Shown: positions 9,302-17,699 of the stretch, in pieces
Numbering within the stretch: position 1 is the stretch's first letter
Layout of the letters: each line of letters starts with the position of its first letter
Assembly (NCBI RefSeq): GCF_001481685.1
Contig: NZ_CP006867.1
Span: 1-32,000 of the forward strand
Length of the DNA stretch: 32,000 nucleotides
Direction: 5' to 3'
Source of the DNA: Ignicoccus islandicus DSM 13165
GTDB taxonomy: Archaea; Thermoproteota; Thermoprotei_A; Sulfolobales; Ignicoccaceae
The notes under the pieces: model-generated
The model's database searches: none
What the model was told of the DNA's origin: nothing
The model's input: the letters and a program-made list of their open reading frames with translations, nothing else
Program-made: the position numbers and the translations under genes

Positions 9302-9653
9302 CTATGTTTCTGATCATAAGGTACGCATCTTCACCCCAGGGGTAATAATTCTTTAGTAAGTCAACTTTTTTAAAACCATTTGCTTCATAGAATTTAATAG
9401 CTCTTTGATTAGCTACACTCACTTCGAGTACAATACAATCGATACCTTTCTCACATGCTATCTCAACTATTCTTTCAAGCATTGCTTTTCCTATTCCAAT
9501 TCCTTGAAATTTGGGATCTACTGCTATATTCAAGAGGTGTATGCAACGCTTTCCTCTCTTTACTTCGACTGCTGAAAAAGCATATCCAACTATCTCATCG
9601 CCAATGAGTGCAACAATGCTCGTGTCATAGTGTAGTATTATATGACTTAGCAA
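9285..9653 (-). CDS. rimI: GNAT N-acetyltransferase, RimI/Ard1-like; annotated TTG start is internal to the domain
   Basis: 'IAVDPKFQGIGIGKAMLERIVEIA' acetyl-CoA binding motif and 'ANQRAIKFYEANGFKKV...YYPWGEDAYLM'. The conserved N-terminus continues upstream in frame to about 9755 ('LSLKLRRPSILDLQRIYEIEKRSFDHPYPPQV'). Confidence 0.85.
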   Translation of the reverse strand: MLSHIILHYDTSIVALIGDEIVGYAFSAVEVKRGKRCIHLLNIAVDPKFQGIGIGKAMLERIVEIACEKGIDCIVLEVSVANQRAIKFYEANGFKKVDLLKNYYPWGEDAYLMIRNIVKCRA

Positions 9654-9761
9654 AACTTGAGGTGGATATGGGTGATCGAAGGACCTTTTTTCTATTTCGT
9701 ATATCCTTTGAAGGTCTAAAATTGATGGTCTTCTGAGTTTGAGGCTTAGGGACGTCCTTTC

Positions 9762-10076
9762 TCACCCTACTATAACTATGTTATCGGGGGAGTACCCCAT
9801 TTCTTCCAATATTTCCTTTACTCGATTCCGATGATCGCCTTGCAGTTCTATTCGTCCATTTTTCACTGTCCCGCCGGTCGCTAGCTTACTCTTTAGTTCT
9901 TTTGCTAGTTTCTTAAGTCTGGTTTCGTCCATTTTGAGTCCTTCAATTATTGTAACTTCTCTCCCCCATTTCCTTTTCTCTAGTCTTATTCTGATTAGTT
10001 CCTCTTGTTCGAGCATTAACTGTTCACATAGTTCTGGGGGCAGGCCACCGCATACTGAGGGATCTAGCATAGTCAT
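9762..10076 (-). CDS. SUI1/eIF1 family translation initiation factor
   Basis: 104 aa; '[57 protein letters not shown]' is a SUI1 domain. Confidence 0.93.
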   Translation of the reverse strand: MTMLDPSVCGGLPPELCEQLMLEQEELIRIRLEKRKWGREVTIIEGLKMDETRLKKLAKELKSKLATGGTVKNGRIELQGDHRNRVKEILEEMGYSPDNIVIVG

Positions 10077-10150
10077 TTCCAGCCCTTCATGAACCCTATG
10101 TACTATTGTACTTTATAAACTCTTTTCTGAATGTTGTTTCGGGTTCAACG

Positions 10151-10303
10151 ATGAGCGTTGTCTATAAATGTGCCAGATGTGGGAAAACAGTCACACCCGA
10201 TGAGTTAGAGAGAATGAGAATGGGTGTTAAGTGCCCGTATTGCTATTATAAGGTCTTGTACAAGATCCGTACGAAGGGTACCGTCTACGTCAAAGCTATA
10301 TAG
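10151..10303 (+). CDS. rpoP: DNA-directed RNA polymerase subunit P (Rpo12)
   Basis: 'MSVVYKCARCGKTVTPDELERMRMGVKCPYCYYKVLYKIRTKGTVYVKAI'; CX2C...CX2C Rpo12; start placed at the internal ATG 10151 rather than at 10106. Confidence 0.9.
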   Translation: MSVVYKCARCGKTVTPDELERMRMGVKCPYCYYKVLYKIRTKGTVYVKAI

Positions 10304-10355
10304 GGATGAATGGGTCCTCGAATGCTGAAGTACGTGATGAATGTAGCCCGCATGA
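10303..10355 (+). ncRNA. Candidate C/D box guide sRNA between rpoP and the MBL gene
   Basis: C-like GGGATGA (10303-10309), perfect D' CTGA (10325-10328), 5-nt spacer, perfect C' GTGATGA (10334-10340), weak D-like ATGA (10352-10355); spacers of 15 and 11 nt. Confidence 0.3.
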
Positions 10356-10376
10356 CCTTAGGAGGTAATAATAATT

Positions 10377-11108
10377 ATGCGCTTGCATACATTAGGAACT
10401 GGCCCAGCTTCCGGGTGGCCATCCTACGGTGTTCCTAAAAATAAATTGAGAAGGCCTAGTACGTACCTCGTGGAATGTGGAAACGACGCAATATTTATCG
10501 ATACCGGATCAATAGAAGCGGTCATTGAAGGCATCAGGAGAGTAAGGAAAGTGAGTACCGTATTAATTTCTCATGCACATCTCGATCACTGGTCTGGAAT
10601 AAACAATCTTCGTTGGGGACCTAAGGTACCAGTCTATCTAACAAAGGAAACGCTAGAACATCGTTATTTTTCTGAAATACGAGAAGCACCTTTCTCCTTA
10701 GTCCTAAATACGGTTGAACCCTTTAGGGAATTTGAAGTCGGTAACGTTAAAATAACGCCATTCCCATTGTTGCATATCGAAGGAACGGTAGGCTTCCTCA
10801 TTAAGTGTCACGATGTGAACCTAGCTTACGCCCTTGACACGAAGGGTCTACCTAAAGAGACAATAAATTTCTTAGTTGAAAACGAAACCAAATATCTAAT
10901 AATAGATAGTTCACTAAGACCGGGCGAAGACGGTAACCACAATTCTTATTTGGATGCAATAACTATAGCTAAGGAAATAGGGGCACAACTAACCTTCCTC
11001 GTCCACCTCCTCCCTCATTTAACGGAAAACGAAATTATCGAGGCAGCCAATAATTACGGCGTGCTCATTAGAATACCAGATGACGGAGAAACGTTTCAAC
11101 TTACATAA
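10377..11108 (+). CDS. Metallo-beta-lactamase fold hydrolase (PhnP-like)
   Basis: 243 aa; 'LISHAHLDHWSG' motif; good RBS 'ttaggaggt' upstream. Confidence 0.87.
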   Translation: MRLHTLGTGPASGWPSYGVPKNKLRRPSTYLVECGNDAIFIDTGSIEAVIEGIRRVRKVSTVLISHAHLDHWSGINNLRWGPKVPVYLTKETLEHRYFSEIREAPFSLVLNTVEPFREFEVGNVKITPFPLLHIEGTVGFLIKCHDVNLAYALDTKGLPKETINFLVENETKYLIIDSSLRPGEDGNHNSYLDAITIAKEIGAQLTFLVHLLPHLTENEIIEAANNYGVLIRIPDDGETFQLT

Positions 11109-11165
11109 CGCAATAAACTATAAGGACAAATGAGCTAACGTAGTCTAACGGTAAGGTGACTAAAA

Positions 11166-11609
11166 TTGCCTTATACGTGTATTTCTATTGAAGAGACATT
11201 TCCTGCGGCGCATTACACAAACCCAAGGCTTTCACCAGCAGGCACTCTTCACGGCCATAACTGGAAGGTGAAAGTTACTGTTTGCAAGGAAGGGAAAAGT
11301 GGATGGGTAATAGATGCCGTTAAACTAAGAGAGCTAGTAAGTGAAATCGTTGATCCCTTCCGCTTCAGCTTAATCGTACCAGAACAAGACGCGAGGTTAT
11401 GGTTACAACGAAACGGACTACGAGATATGATAGAGGAAAACATTGGTGTGAAAGTTAGAATTGCTGTATTGCCATATCCCCTTGTTTCAGCAGAGACAAT
11501 GGCCCATTACGTTCACAGTCGCTTAAGCGAGGAATTAACAGTAGATTGCTTGAAAGTGGAAGTCGAGGAATCCCCTGGCGAGGTAGCGACGTACGACGAA
11601 TGTATATGA
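11166..11609 (+). CDS. queD: 6-pyruvoyl-tetrahydropterin synthase/QueD family (6-carboxytetrahydropterin synthase)
   Basis: 147 aa; 'FPAAHYTNPRLSPAGTLHGHNWKVKVTV', C-terminal 'VEVEESPGEVATY'. Confidence 0.88.
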   Translation: MPYTCISIEETFPAAHYTNPRLSPAGTLHGHNWKVKVTVCKEGKSGWVIDAVKLRELVSEIVDPFRFSLIVPEQDARLWLQRNGLRDMIEENIGVKVRIAVLPYPLVSAETMAHYVHSRLSEELTVDCLKVEVEESPGEVATYDECI

Positions 11610-11614
11610 GGTTA

Positions 11615-12532
11615 ATGAAAACATTGCCGAAGATAGTAGTTTTAGGGACCTCGGCTGCAACCCCGAAACCAAAGAGACATCTTTCATCTTATTACTTTGA
11701 ACATGAGGGAATCGGAATACTACTTGACGCTGGTGAAGGAACCCAATACCAACTAATGAGAGCGGGAATAAGGTTCTCAAAGATTAAGGTAGTTGTAATT
11801 AGTCACTTACATGGGGACCACGTCCTAGGTCTTCCGGGATTAATTGAAACAATGAGTATGGGAAGTCGTAGAGAGGAATTACAGATAATTGCTCCGAAAG
11901 GAATTCGCGAACTCTTGGAATGTTCCTTTAAGTACACTTACTTCAAACCCTCTTTCCCAATTTATATCTTTGAAATAGAGGAAAATGAAGAGTTTGAGAT
12001 GAGCATTGGAAATTACGTAAGAGTAAAGGTATTTCCAGTAAATCATATAGTCCCGTCAATTGGTACGAAGATAACGGTTGGCGGAAAACGAAAAGTAATG
12101 AAAGAAAAGCTAGAAGAAATGGGAGTTCCGAAGCGACTCTGGGCGAAGATACAAAATTGTGAAGACGTTCACTTCCGCGGTCAACGTTTAAGCTGCGATG
12201 AGTTCACTATTCCCCCCAAAGAGCTTAAGATCGTTTACTCCGGAGATACGGCACCATGCACTAGGATCATCAATGAATCCGAAAACGCCGATGTGCTAAT
12301 ACATGAAGCTACTTTCACAAAGGAATTGAAAGATGAGGCAAATGAGAGAGGTCACTCAACTGCTATGGACGCAGCTATCGTAGCTTCAAAGGCAAAGGTC
12401 AAGATGCTGGTACTAACTCATTTTTCTGCAAGATATGAGAACTTGGGAAAATTCCTCGATGAGGCAAAACAGTTCTTTGAGAATACTTACTTAGCAAGCG
12501 AGTTCATGAAGATAATAGTAAAAAGAGATTAG
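11615..12532 (+). CDS. rnz: Ribonuclease Z (tRNA 3' processing)
   Basis: 'LLDAGEGTQYQLMRAGIRFSKIKVVVISHLHGDHVLGLPGLIETM', 'VYSGDTAPC', 'HSTAMDAAIVA'; start set at ATG 11615 ('MKTLPKIVVLGTSAATP'). Confidence 0.94.
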   Translation: MKTLPKIVVLGTSAATPKPKRHLSSYYFEHEGIGILLDAGEGTQYQLMRAGIRFSKIKVVVISHLHGDHVLGLPGLIETMSMGSRREELQIIAPKGIRELLECSFKYTYFKPSFPIYIFEIEENEEFEMSIGNYVRVKVFPVNHIVPSIGTKITVGGKRKVMKEKLEEMGVPKRLWAKIQNCEDVHFRGQRLSCDEFTIPPKELKIVYSGDTAPCTRIINESENADVLIHEATFTKELKDEANERGHSTAMDAAIVASKAKVKMLVLTHFSARYENLGKFLDEAKQFFENTYLASEFMKIIVKRD

Positions 12533-12586
12533 TTGTTATTTATAAAGCCCCATACTCCACCACACATGACGAGAGGTGGTATGAGG

Positions 12587-12973
12587 ATGAGCAAGCCCAT
12601 GTATGTTAGATTTGAAGTTCCACCGGAGTTAGCTGAAAAGGCTTACGAAGCCCTTAGAAAAGCCAGAGAGACCGGAGGAAAGATAAAGAAAGGTACTAAC
12701 GAAACTACTAAAGCAGTTGAAAAGGGTCAAGCCAAGCTAGTACTAATTGCAGAAGACGTAGATCCACCAGAGATAGTAGCCCACCTACCGTACCTATGCG
12801 ATGAGAAGAAGATACCCTATGTATATGTGCCAAGTAAGAAGAAGTTGGGTGAGGCGGCTGGTATAGAAGTTCAAGCTGCCAGTGCAGCCATTATCGATCC
12901 AGCCGGCGCTAAGGACTTGGTAGAAGAAATAATAAAGGAAGTAAATGAGATAAGGGCTAAGAGTGGAGCCTAA
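12587..12973 (+). CDS. rpl7ae: Large ribosomal subunit protein eL8 / kink-turn binding protein L7Ae
   Basis: '[88 protein letters not shown]'; start at 12587 inferred by family length. Confidence 0.96.
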   Translation: MSKPMYVRFEVPPELAEKAYEALRKARETGGKIKKGTNETTKAVEKGQAKLVLIAEDVDPPEIVAHLPYLCDEKKIPYVYVPSKKKLGEAAGIEVQAASAAIIDPAGAKDLVEEIIKEVNEIRAKSGA

Positions 12974-13643
12974 GGGTAATTTCATGATTTTTATAATAGA
13001 GAAATTTGTCTCGGTTCAGGGGGAAGGCCTAAACGTAGGCACCCCAGCTCTCTTCATTAGATTAGCTCAATGTAATTTGCGTTGTCCTTGGTGCGATACA
13101 AAGTACAGCTGGAGGAAGGGTACTCCTATATCAATTGAGGACTTGGTAAACTACGTACTTGACGAGAACCTACCCCTTGTGGTATTGACCGGTGGAGAAC
13201 CCTTAATTTATTCTTACGAAATCGCTGAATTTTTGAGGCGATTACGAGAAAGAGGTTATGAAGGTAAGGTTCAGATAGAAACGAATGGTACGATAGAACC
13301 TAGGCCCCTTAGGGGATTTGATAACTATGTTCTAAGCATAAGTCCGAAAGTCACTTGCGTTTACAAAGTATACTTTGTTAACCTAATAAAGAGAATTATT
13401 AATAATTATAACGTTTTGGAAATAAAAATAGTAGTATCCAATGATGATATCAAGTGCTTAAGGCAATTTATAGATGAATTAGGTGACGTCGAAGTTCCAT
13501 TGATTGTTCAACCCTTGCATAGGCCTAATTCGAACTATGCAATGGATTCGAAAGCGATAGTAGAAGAGATTTTGTCGGATCCGTCTCTACGAAGAAAAGT
13601 TAGAGTAATACCTCAATTACATAAACTGATTGGAATTAAATAA
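12963..13643 (+). CDS. queE: 7-carboxy-7-deazaguanine synthase (radical SAM)
   Basis: 226 aa; '[34 protein letters not shown]', 'LTGGEPLIY', 'QIETNGT'. Confidence 0.93.
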   Translation: MEPKGNFMIFIIEKFVSVQGEGLNVGTPALFIRLAQCNLRCPWCDTKYSWRKGTPISIEDLVNYVLDENLPLVVLTGGEPLIYSYEIAEFLRRLRERGYEGKVQIETNGTIEPRPLRGFDNYVLSISPKVTCVYKVYFVNLIKRIINNYNVLEIKIVVSNDDIKCLRQFIDELGDVEVPLIVQPLHRPNSNYAMDSKAIVEEILSDPSLRRKVRVIPQLHKLIGIK

Positions 13644-14540
13644 TTAACCAACGTAGAAAGTACACTCTTCACAATCGGCCTTAAACACGTCTCTAAAACT
13701 AGTTAGATTACCGGTAGTACTGAGAACTTTGAGAACTTCATTCGCCTTAACTGTTTCGCCTGCATATTTTCTCGTAGGTATATCTTTGGGGTCCGGAACT
13801 ATACTTTTTGAGAAGTATATAGATACAGTGTAGCTAGAGTAGTCCCAACCAATTGAAGAATATATTGGGTAGACAACCACTGGTGCCGTTGTTCCTGAAG
13901 GTAAGAATTCGACTAGGTTATATACTTCTATTATCTCATCGCTATTGTTACAGATGTTATCTTTATAATCATTTAAGGTACCTTCAATGTTCTCCTTGTT
14001 ACATTCAAACGTAGCAGCAGTCACATTGATTATCGTAGTCGAGTTCCTACATATTAGTAAAACGTTCGTCACGTTTTCGCCCTTCATGTTCTTTGGAACT
14101 AATGGAGAGTAGGTTACGTTTGTGATTGCGTATGTGAAATTGAGTGCTAAGGAGGAATTACCAACGTTCCATACGTTTCTAAGTAGCTCTGCCGTCTTGC
14201 TTCCCGTATTTATGCTAATTAGAGTGTTCCCGAGCGTCCCTGCTTTTAATCTGATATCGCTTAGCCACCACGAGCCTCCCTCGGTTTCTTGGACGCAAGC
14301 TACTGGAACTATGTCTTCTTTATTATCATTATCGAGGTCTACCTTAGCCTGAATTACTCCTAGCACCTTTACAGGGGGATTTAACGATATAATTACTTGT
14401 TCTTGTCTACTCTCGAGAGCTTGTGACTGCTTGTTCGTTGAAGAAAGTAGGTATGTTCCAAATAAGGCTGCTGCGCCTAGGAATAGGACTATTAGTATTA
14501 ATATTTCAACTATATTGATTACGCCTTTTGTCATAGTCAT
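13644..14540 (-). CDS. Secreted/surface protein with type IV pilin-like (class III) N-terminus
   Basis: 298 aa; 'MTMTKGVINIVEILILIVLFLGAAALFGTYLL' = short basic leader plus hydrophobic helix; Asn/Thr/Ser-rich ectodomain with several cysteines. Confidence 0.65.
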   Translation of the reverse strand: MTMTKGVINIVEILILIVLFLGAAALFGTYLLSSTNKQSQALESRQEQVIISLNPPVKVLGVIQAKVDLDNDNKEDIVPVACVQETEGGSWWLSDIRLKAGTLGNTLISINTGSKTAELLRNVWNVGNSSLALNFTYAITNVTYSPLVPKNMKGENVTNVLLICRNSTTIINVTAATFECNKENIEGTLNDYKDNICNNSDEIIEVYNLVEFLPSGTTAPVVVYPIYSSIGWDYSSYTVSIYFSKSIVPDPKDIPTRKYAGETVKANEVLKVLSTTGNLTSFRDVFKADCEECTFYVG

Positions 14541-14624
14541 CTCTTCACAATCCTCGAAGAAATTTGTAATATTGGTAATTAAAATTAAGGACCGTGAATT
14601 GCGAGCATTATTGGTAACGCTAAA

Positions 14625-15530
14625 TTGACCTCGTTGGAAGTGGAGGTTGGAGGCCTTAAGTTAAAGCTACCCTTCATGCAAGCTTCAGGTATACTAGGAG
14701 GAAATCCCGAAGCTTTGGAAATAGTGGCTAAGGGTGACGTAGGTGCATTGGTAACTAAATCGATTACACCTAGACCTAGGAAGGGAAACGATCCACCTAT
14801 AATAATTGAGACTGAATGCGGCTACGTTAATGCGGTAGGACTTTCCAATCCAGGCAAGGAGGCAATTCCCAAACTCGTAGATGTTGGGAAGAAATACGGT
14901 CTGCCAGTTATAGTATCTGTCGCTGGAACCAATGAGGAAGAGTTCGCTGAAGTTGCATGGATGGCGGAGGACTCGGGAGCTTCGGCAGTCGAACTGAACC
15001 TATCTTGTCCCCATGCTAAAGGTATGGGACTGGAAATTGGTATGGATTTGAGTTTAAGTTCGGAGATAGTCAGAACGGTAACTACAACTACGAAGATACC
15101 AGTTTTCGTGAAATTGGGATACATGGATTCGCTCGTCAATACGGCATCCAAACTACTAGAATTGGGCGTTGACGCACTAGTTTTGATAAATACGGTACGA
15201 GCCATGAAAGTTGATATATATGCACTAAAGCCCGTACTTACAAACAAAGTTGGAGGTCTTTCTGGAAGGGCAATCAAACCGATAGCTGTGAGAGCTATTT
15301 ACGAAGTCTACAAGGAACTAAGGGCACCAATAATAGGAGTCGGGGGCATTAGCAAATGGCAAGATGTTGTCGAGTTCATGCTAGTAGGTGCAAGAGCAGT
15401 GCAAGTAGGTTCAGCGTTAATAGAGAAAGGTATCGAGGTGTTTAGCGAATTAAAGGCGGGATTATTGCACTGGATGCAAGAAATGGAATATAAAAACATA
15501 GATGAGTTCGTAGGGATTGCTGTGGATTGA
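14625..15530 (+). CDS. pyrD: Dihydroorotate dehydrogenase (class 1)
   Basis: 301 aa; 'NPGKEAIP', 'VELNLSCPHAKGMG', 'GGLSGRAIKPIAVRAIYEV', 'IIGVGGISKWQDVVEFMLVGARAVQVGSA'. Confidence 0.95.
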   Translation: MTSLEVEVGGLKLKLPFMQASGILGGNPEALEIVAKGDVGALVTKSITPRPRKGNDPPIIIETECGYVNAVGLSNPGKEAIPKLVDVGKKYGLPVIVSVAGTNEEEFAEVAWMAEDSGASAVELNLSCPHAKGMGLEIGMDLSLSSEIVRTVTTTTKIPVFVKLGYMDSLVNTASKLLELGVDALVLINTVRAMKVDIYALKPVLTNKVGGLSGRAIKPIAVRAIYEVYKELRAPIIGVGGISKWQDVVEFMLVGARAVQVGSALIEKGIEVFSELKAGLLHWMQEMEYKNIDEFVGIAVD

Positions 15531-15575
15531 TATTTAAATGAGATACAGACGTTAGAAGTTTGGAGGATCGAACGC

Positions 15576-15809
15576 ATGGCCCGCGTATATTTGCTTATTA
15601 AGACGAAGTCTGGCAAAGAAAATGAAGTTCATTCTCAGTTAAAGAATTTAGAATACGTAAAAATGGTAGACGTCGTAACTGGTCCAGTAGATGTAGTAGC
15701 AGTTTTCGAAGCAGATAACCTATCTAAAATTGAAAACGTCATACTCGAGAAGGTTCGAAAAATAGAAGGCGTTGACGAGACAACTACTCTAATATCGCTC
15801 ACCGATTAG
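15576..15809 (+). CDS. Lrp/AsnC ligand-binding (RAM)-domain protein
   Basis: 77 aa stand-alone RAM domain: 'VYLLIKTKSGKENEVHSQLKNLEYVKMVDVVTGPVDVVAVFEADNLSKIENVI'. Confidence 0.85.
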   Translation: MARVYLLIKTKSGKENEVHSQLKNLEYVKMVDVVTGPVDVVAVFEADNLSKIENVILEKVRKIEGVDETTTLISLTD

Positions 15810-15918
15810 ACCACACTCTTATTATACGTAAGGTATTTTTCATAACTTAACTAATTACGTTTATATAGAGATTTAAGAGAAGAGATAGGGCCAACGTCCC
15901 AATGCGTTTGTTAATTCC

Positions 15919-16299
15919 TTACGCCTCTACCTTTTCAATTATTGTTTTCTCGTAGTTGTCTTTGTCGTATATGGTTGTCACTCTGTAAACGTTGTTACCT
16001 ATCTGCCATAGTTCCACGTCCTCGTTATCATCTGAGTAATCCTCAATCAAGATAGCATCCATTGGAATAACTACAACATATCTTTCATATACCTTTTCAT
16101 AACTCAAATGAAGACCGGTTGTGCATATAACGGGGGCCCTTTCGCGAGTTGAAAGCATTATTCCCTCCAATATGCCATATGCTTCCTTTTTTCTACTCAA
16201 ACAACTCATAAGCCTCTCTCTTGGTACGTTGTTATCCATCATCTCTTCGACAACAAAGACGAAGGGCTCATCAACCATTTTCACGTACCACCTCGTCAC
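15919..16299 (-). CDS. Hypothetical protein
   Basis: 126 aa intact ORF, no family recognised. Confidence 0.55.
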   Translation of the reverse strand: MTRWYVKMVDEPFVFVVEEMMDNNVPRERLMSCLSRKKEAYGILEGIMLSTRERAPVICTTGLHLSYEKVYERYVVVIPMDAILIEDYSDDNEDVELWQIGNNVYRVTTIYDKDNYEKTIIEKVEA

Positions 16300-16353
16300 C
16301 TAATCGAACTACTCAAAATAAGCTCAAGCGGTATAGCTCTTAAGTTAATTGCC

Positions 16354-17562
16354 TTATTTCTTCACACCGAACTTCCTTTGGAAGCTAACAATGCTGTCCA
16401 TAAGCCACACGTCAATGAAACCTCTGGCCATCTCGTCGCTAGGGAACCACTCGCTTTCGTAACTACTTAATGCTCTATCGTATATTGCGTAGGGACTCCT
16501 TCTACCTACAACTCTGAAGGAACCTTTGACTATCTTCGCTTTTACTTCGCCAGATACGTTTTCGTTCATTTTTCTGAATATTTCATCTAATTCTATTCTT
16601 AGTGGATCATACCATAGACCTTCGTAGACCATTTCGGCCCAAAGGTCTTCCAACTGTTTCTTCATTCTATATTCTCTCTTACTTAACACTAATTTCTCCA
16701 AGTCTTTCTTTGCGTTTATTATTGATAGAGCAGCTGGAGCCTCGTAGACCTCTCTACTCTTTAATCCAACTACTCTGTTTTCCATATGGTCTATTATTCC
16801 GTATCCATACTTCCCTACAAGGGAATTTAAGAATCCTATTAGGTCTAAAAGTTCCATTCGTTCACCATTTACAGCAACCGGAAGTCCCTTATCGAATTCT
16901 ATTACTAGCTCTAGTGGTTCAGAGGGAGCCATCTCTGGAGGTGTTACCCATTCGAACGCCTCTGGCGGCGGCTCGTTCCATGGGTCTTCTAGCTCGCCTC
17001 CTTCTATGCTCCTTGACCATAGATTTTCATCTATGCTGTACTTAGAGGACGACTCAGATATAGGAATGCCTTTCCTCTTAGCGAACTCCACTTCCTCCTT
17101 TCTATTCATTCCCCATATTCTTATTGGAGCTATTATCTTGATGTCCGGTGCAAGCGCTTTAAAGACGGCTTCGAACCTTATTTGATCGTTTCCCTTACTG
17201 GTGGAACCGTGAGCTACGGCATCGGCTCCTTCTTTCCTTGCTATTTCGACCACTTTTTCACCAATTAACGGTCTCGCCAATGCGGTGCCTAGTGGATACT
17301 TCCCTTCGTATAGGGCGTTTGCTAGTATAGCTTTACTTATGAAGTCATTCGCGAACTCTCTCTTAGCATCTATTAGATAGTGCTTACTAGCACCCGCCTT
17401 ATAAGCTCTTTTCTCTATTTCTTTGAAATCTTCCTTTTGACCAACGTCTACGGTAACTGTTACTACTTCAGCTCCGAATTTCTCCTTAAGCCATGCAATT
17501 GCAACCGACGTATCGAGACCTCCAGAATAAGCTAATACGATCTTCGAAATATCTTCAACCAT
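16354..17562 (-). CDS. argG: Argininosuccinate synthase
   Basis: 402 aa; '[35 protein letters not shown]', '[13 protein letters not shown]', '[19 protein letters not shown]'. Confidence 0.98.
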   Translation of the reverse strand: MVEDISKIVLAYSGGLDTSVAIAWLKEKFGAEVVTVTVDVGQKEDFKEIEKRAYKAGASKHYLIDAKREFANDFISKAILANALYEGKYPLGTALARPLIGEKVVEIARKEGADAVAHGSTSKGNDQIRFEAVFKALAPDIKIIAPIRIWGMNRKEEVEFAKRKGIPISESSSKYSIDENLWSRSIEGGELEDPWNEPPPEAFEWVTPPEMAPSEPLELVIEFDKGLPVAVNGERMELLDLIGFLNSLVGKYGYGIIDHMENRVVGLKSREVYEAPAALSIINAKKDLEKLVLSKREYRMKKQLEDLWAEMVYEGLWYDPLRIELDEIFRKMNENVSGEVKAKIVKGSFRVVGRRSPYAIYDRALSSYESEWFPSDEMARGFIDVWLMDSIVSFQRKFGVKK

Positions 17563-17699
17563 TATTTTGCCCTCTTCGAGGGATATTCAGAATAATAATA
17601 AATTTGACTTGGGATTTTTCGATGATAGTGTGTGTTGGACGATTACGTTTTTGCTTTAAATAGTTTTCGTGAAGTCTATGCCTATGTCGGGACAAGTAA

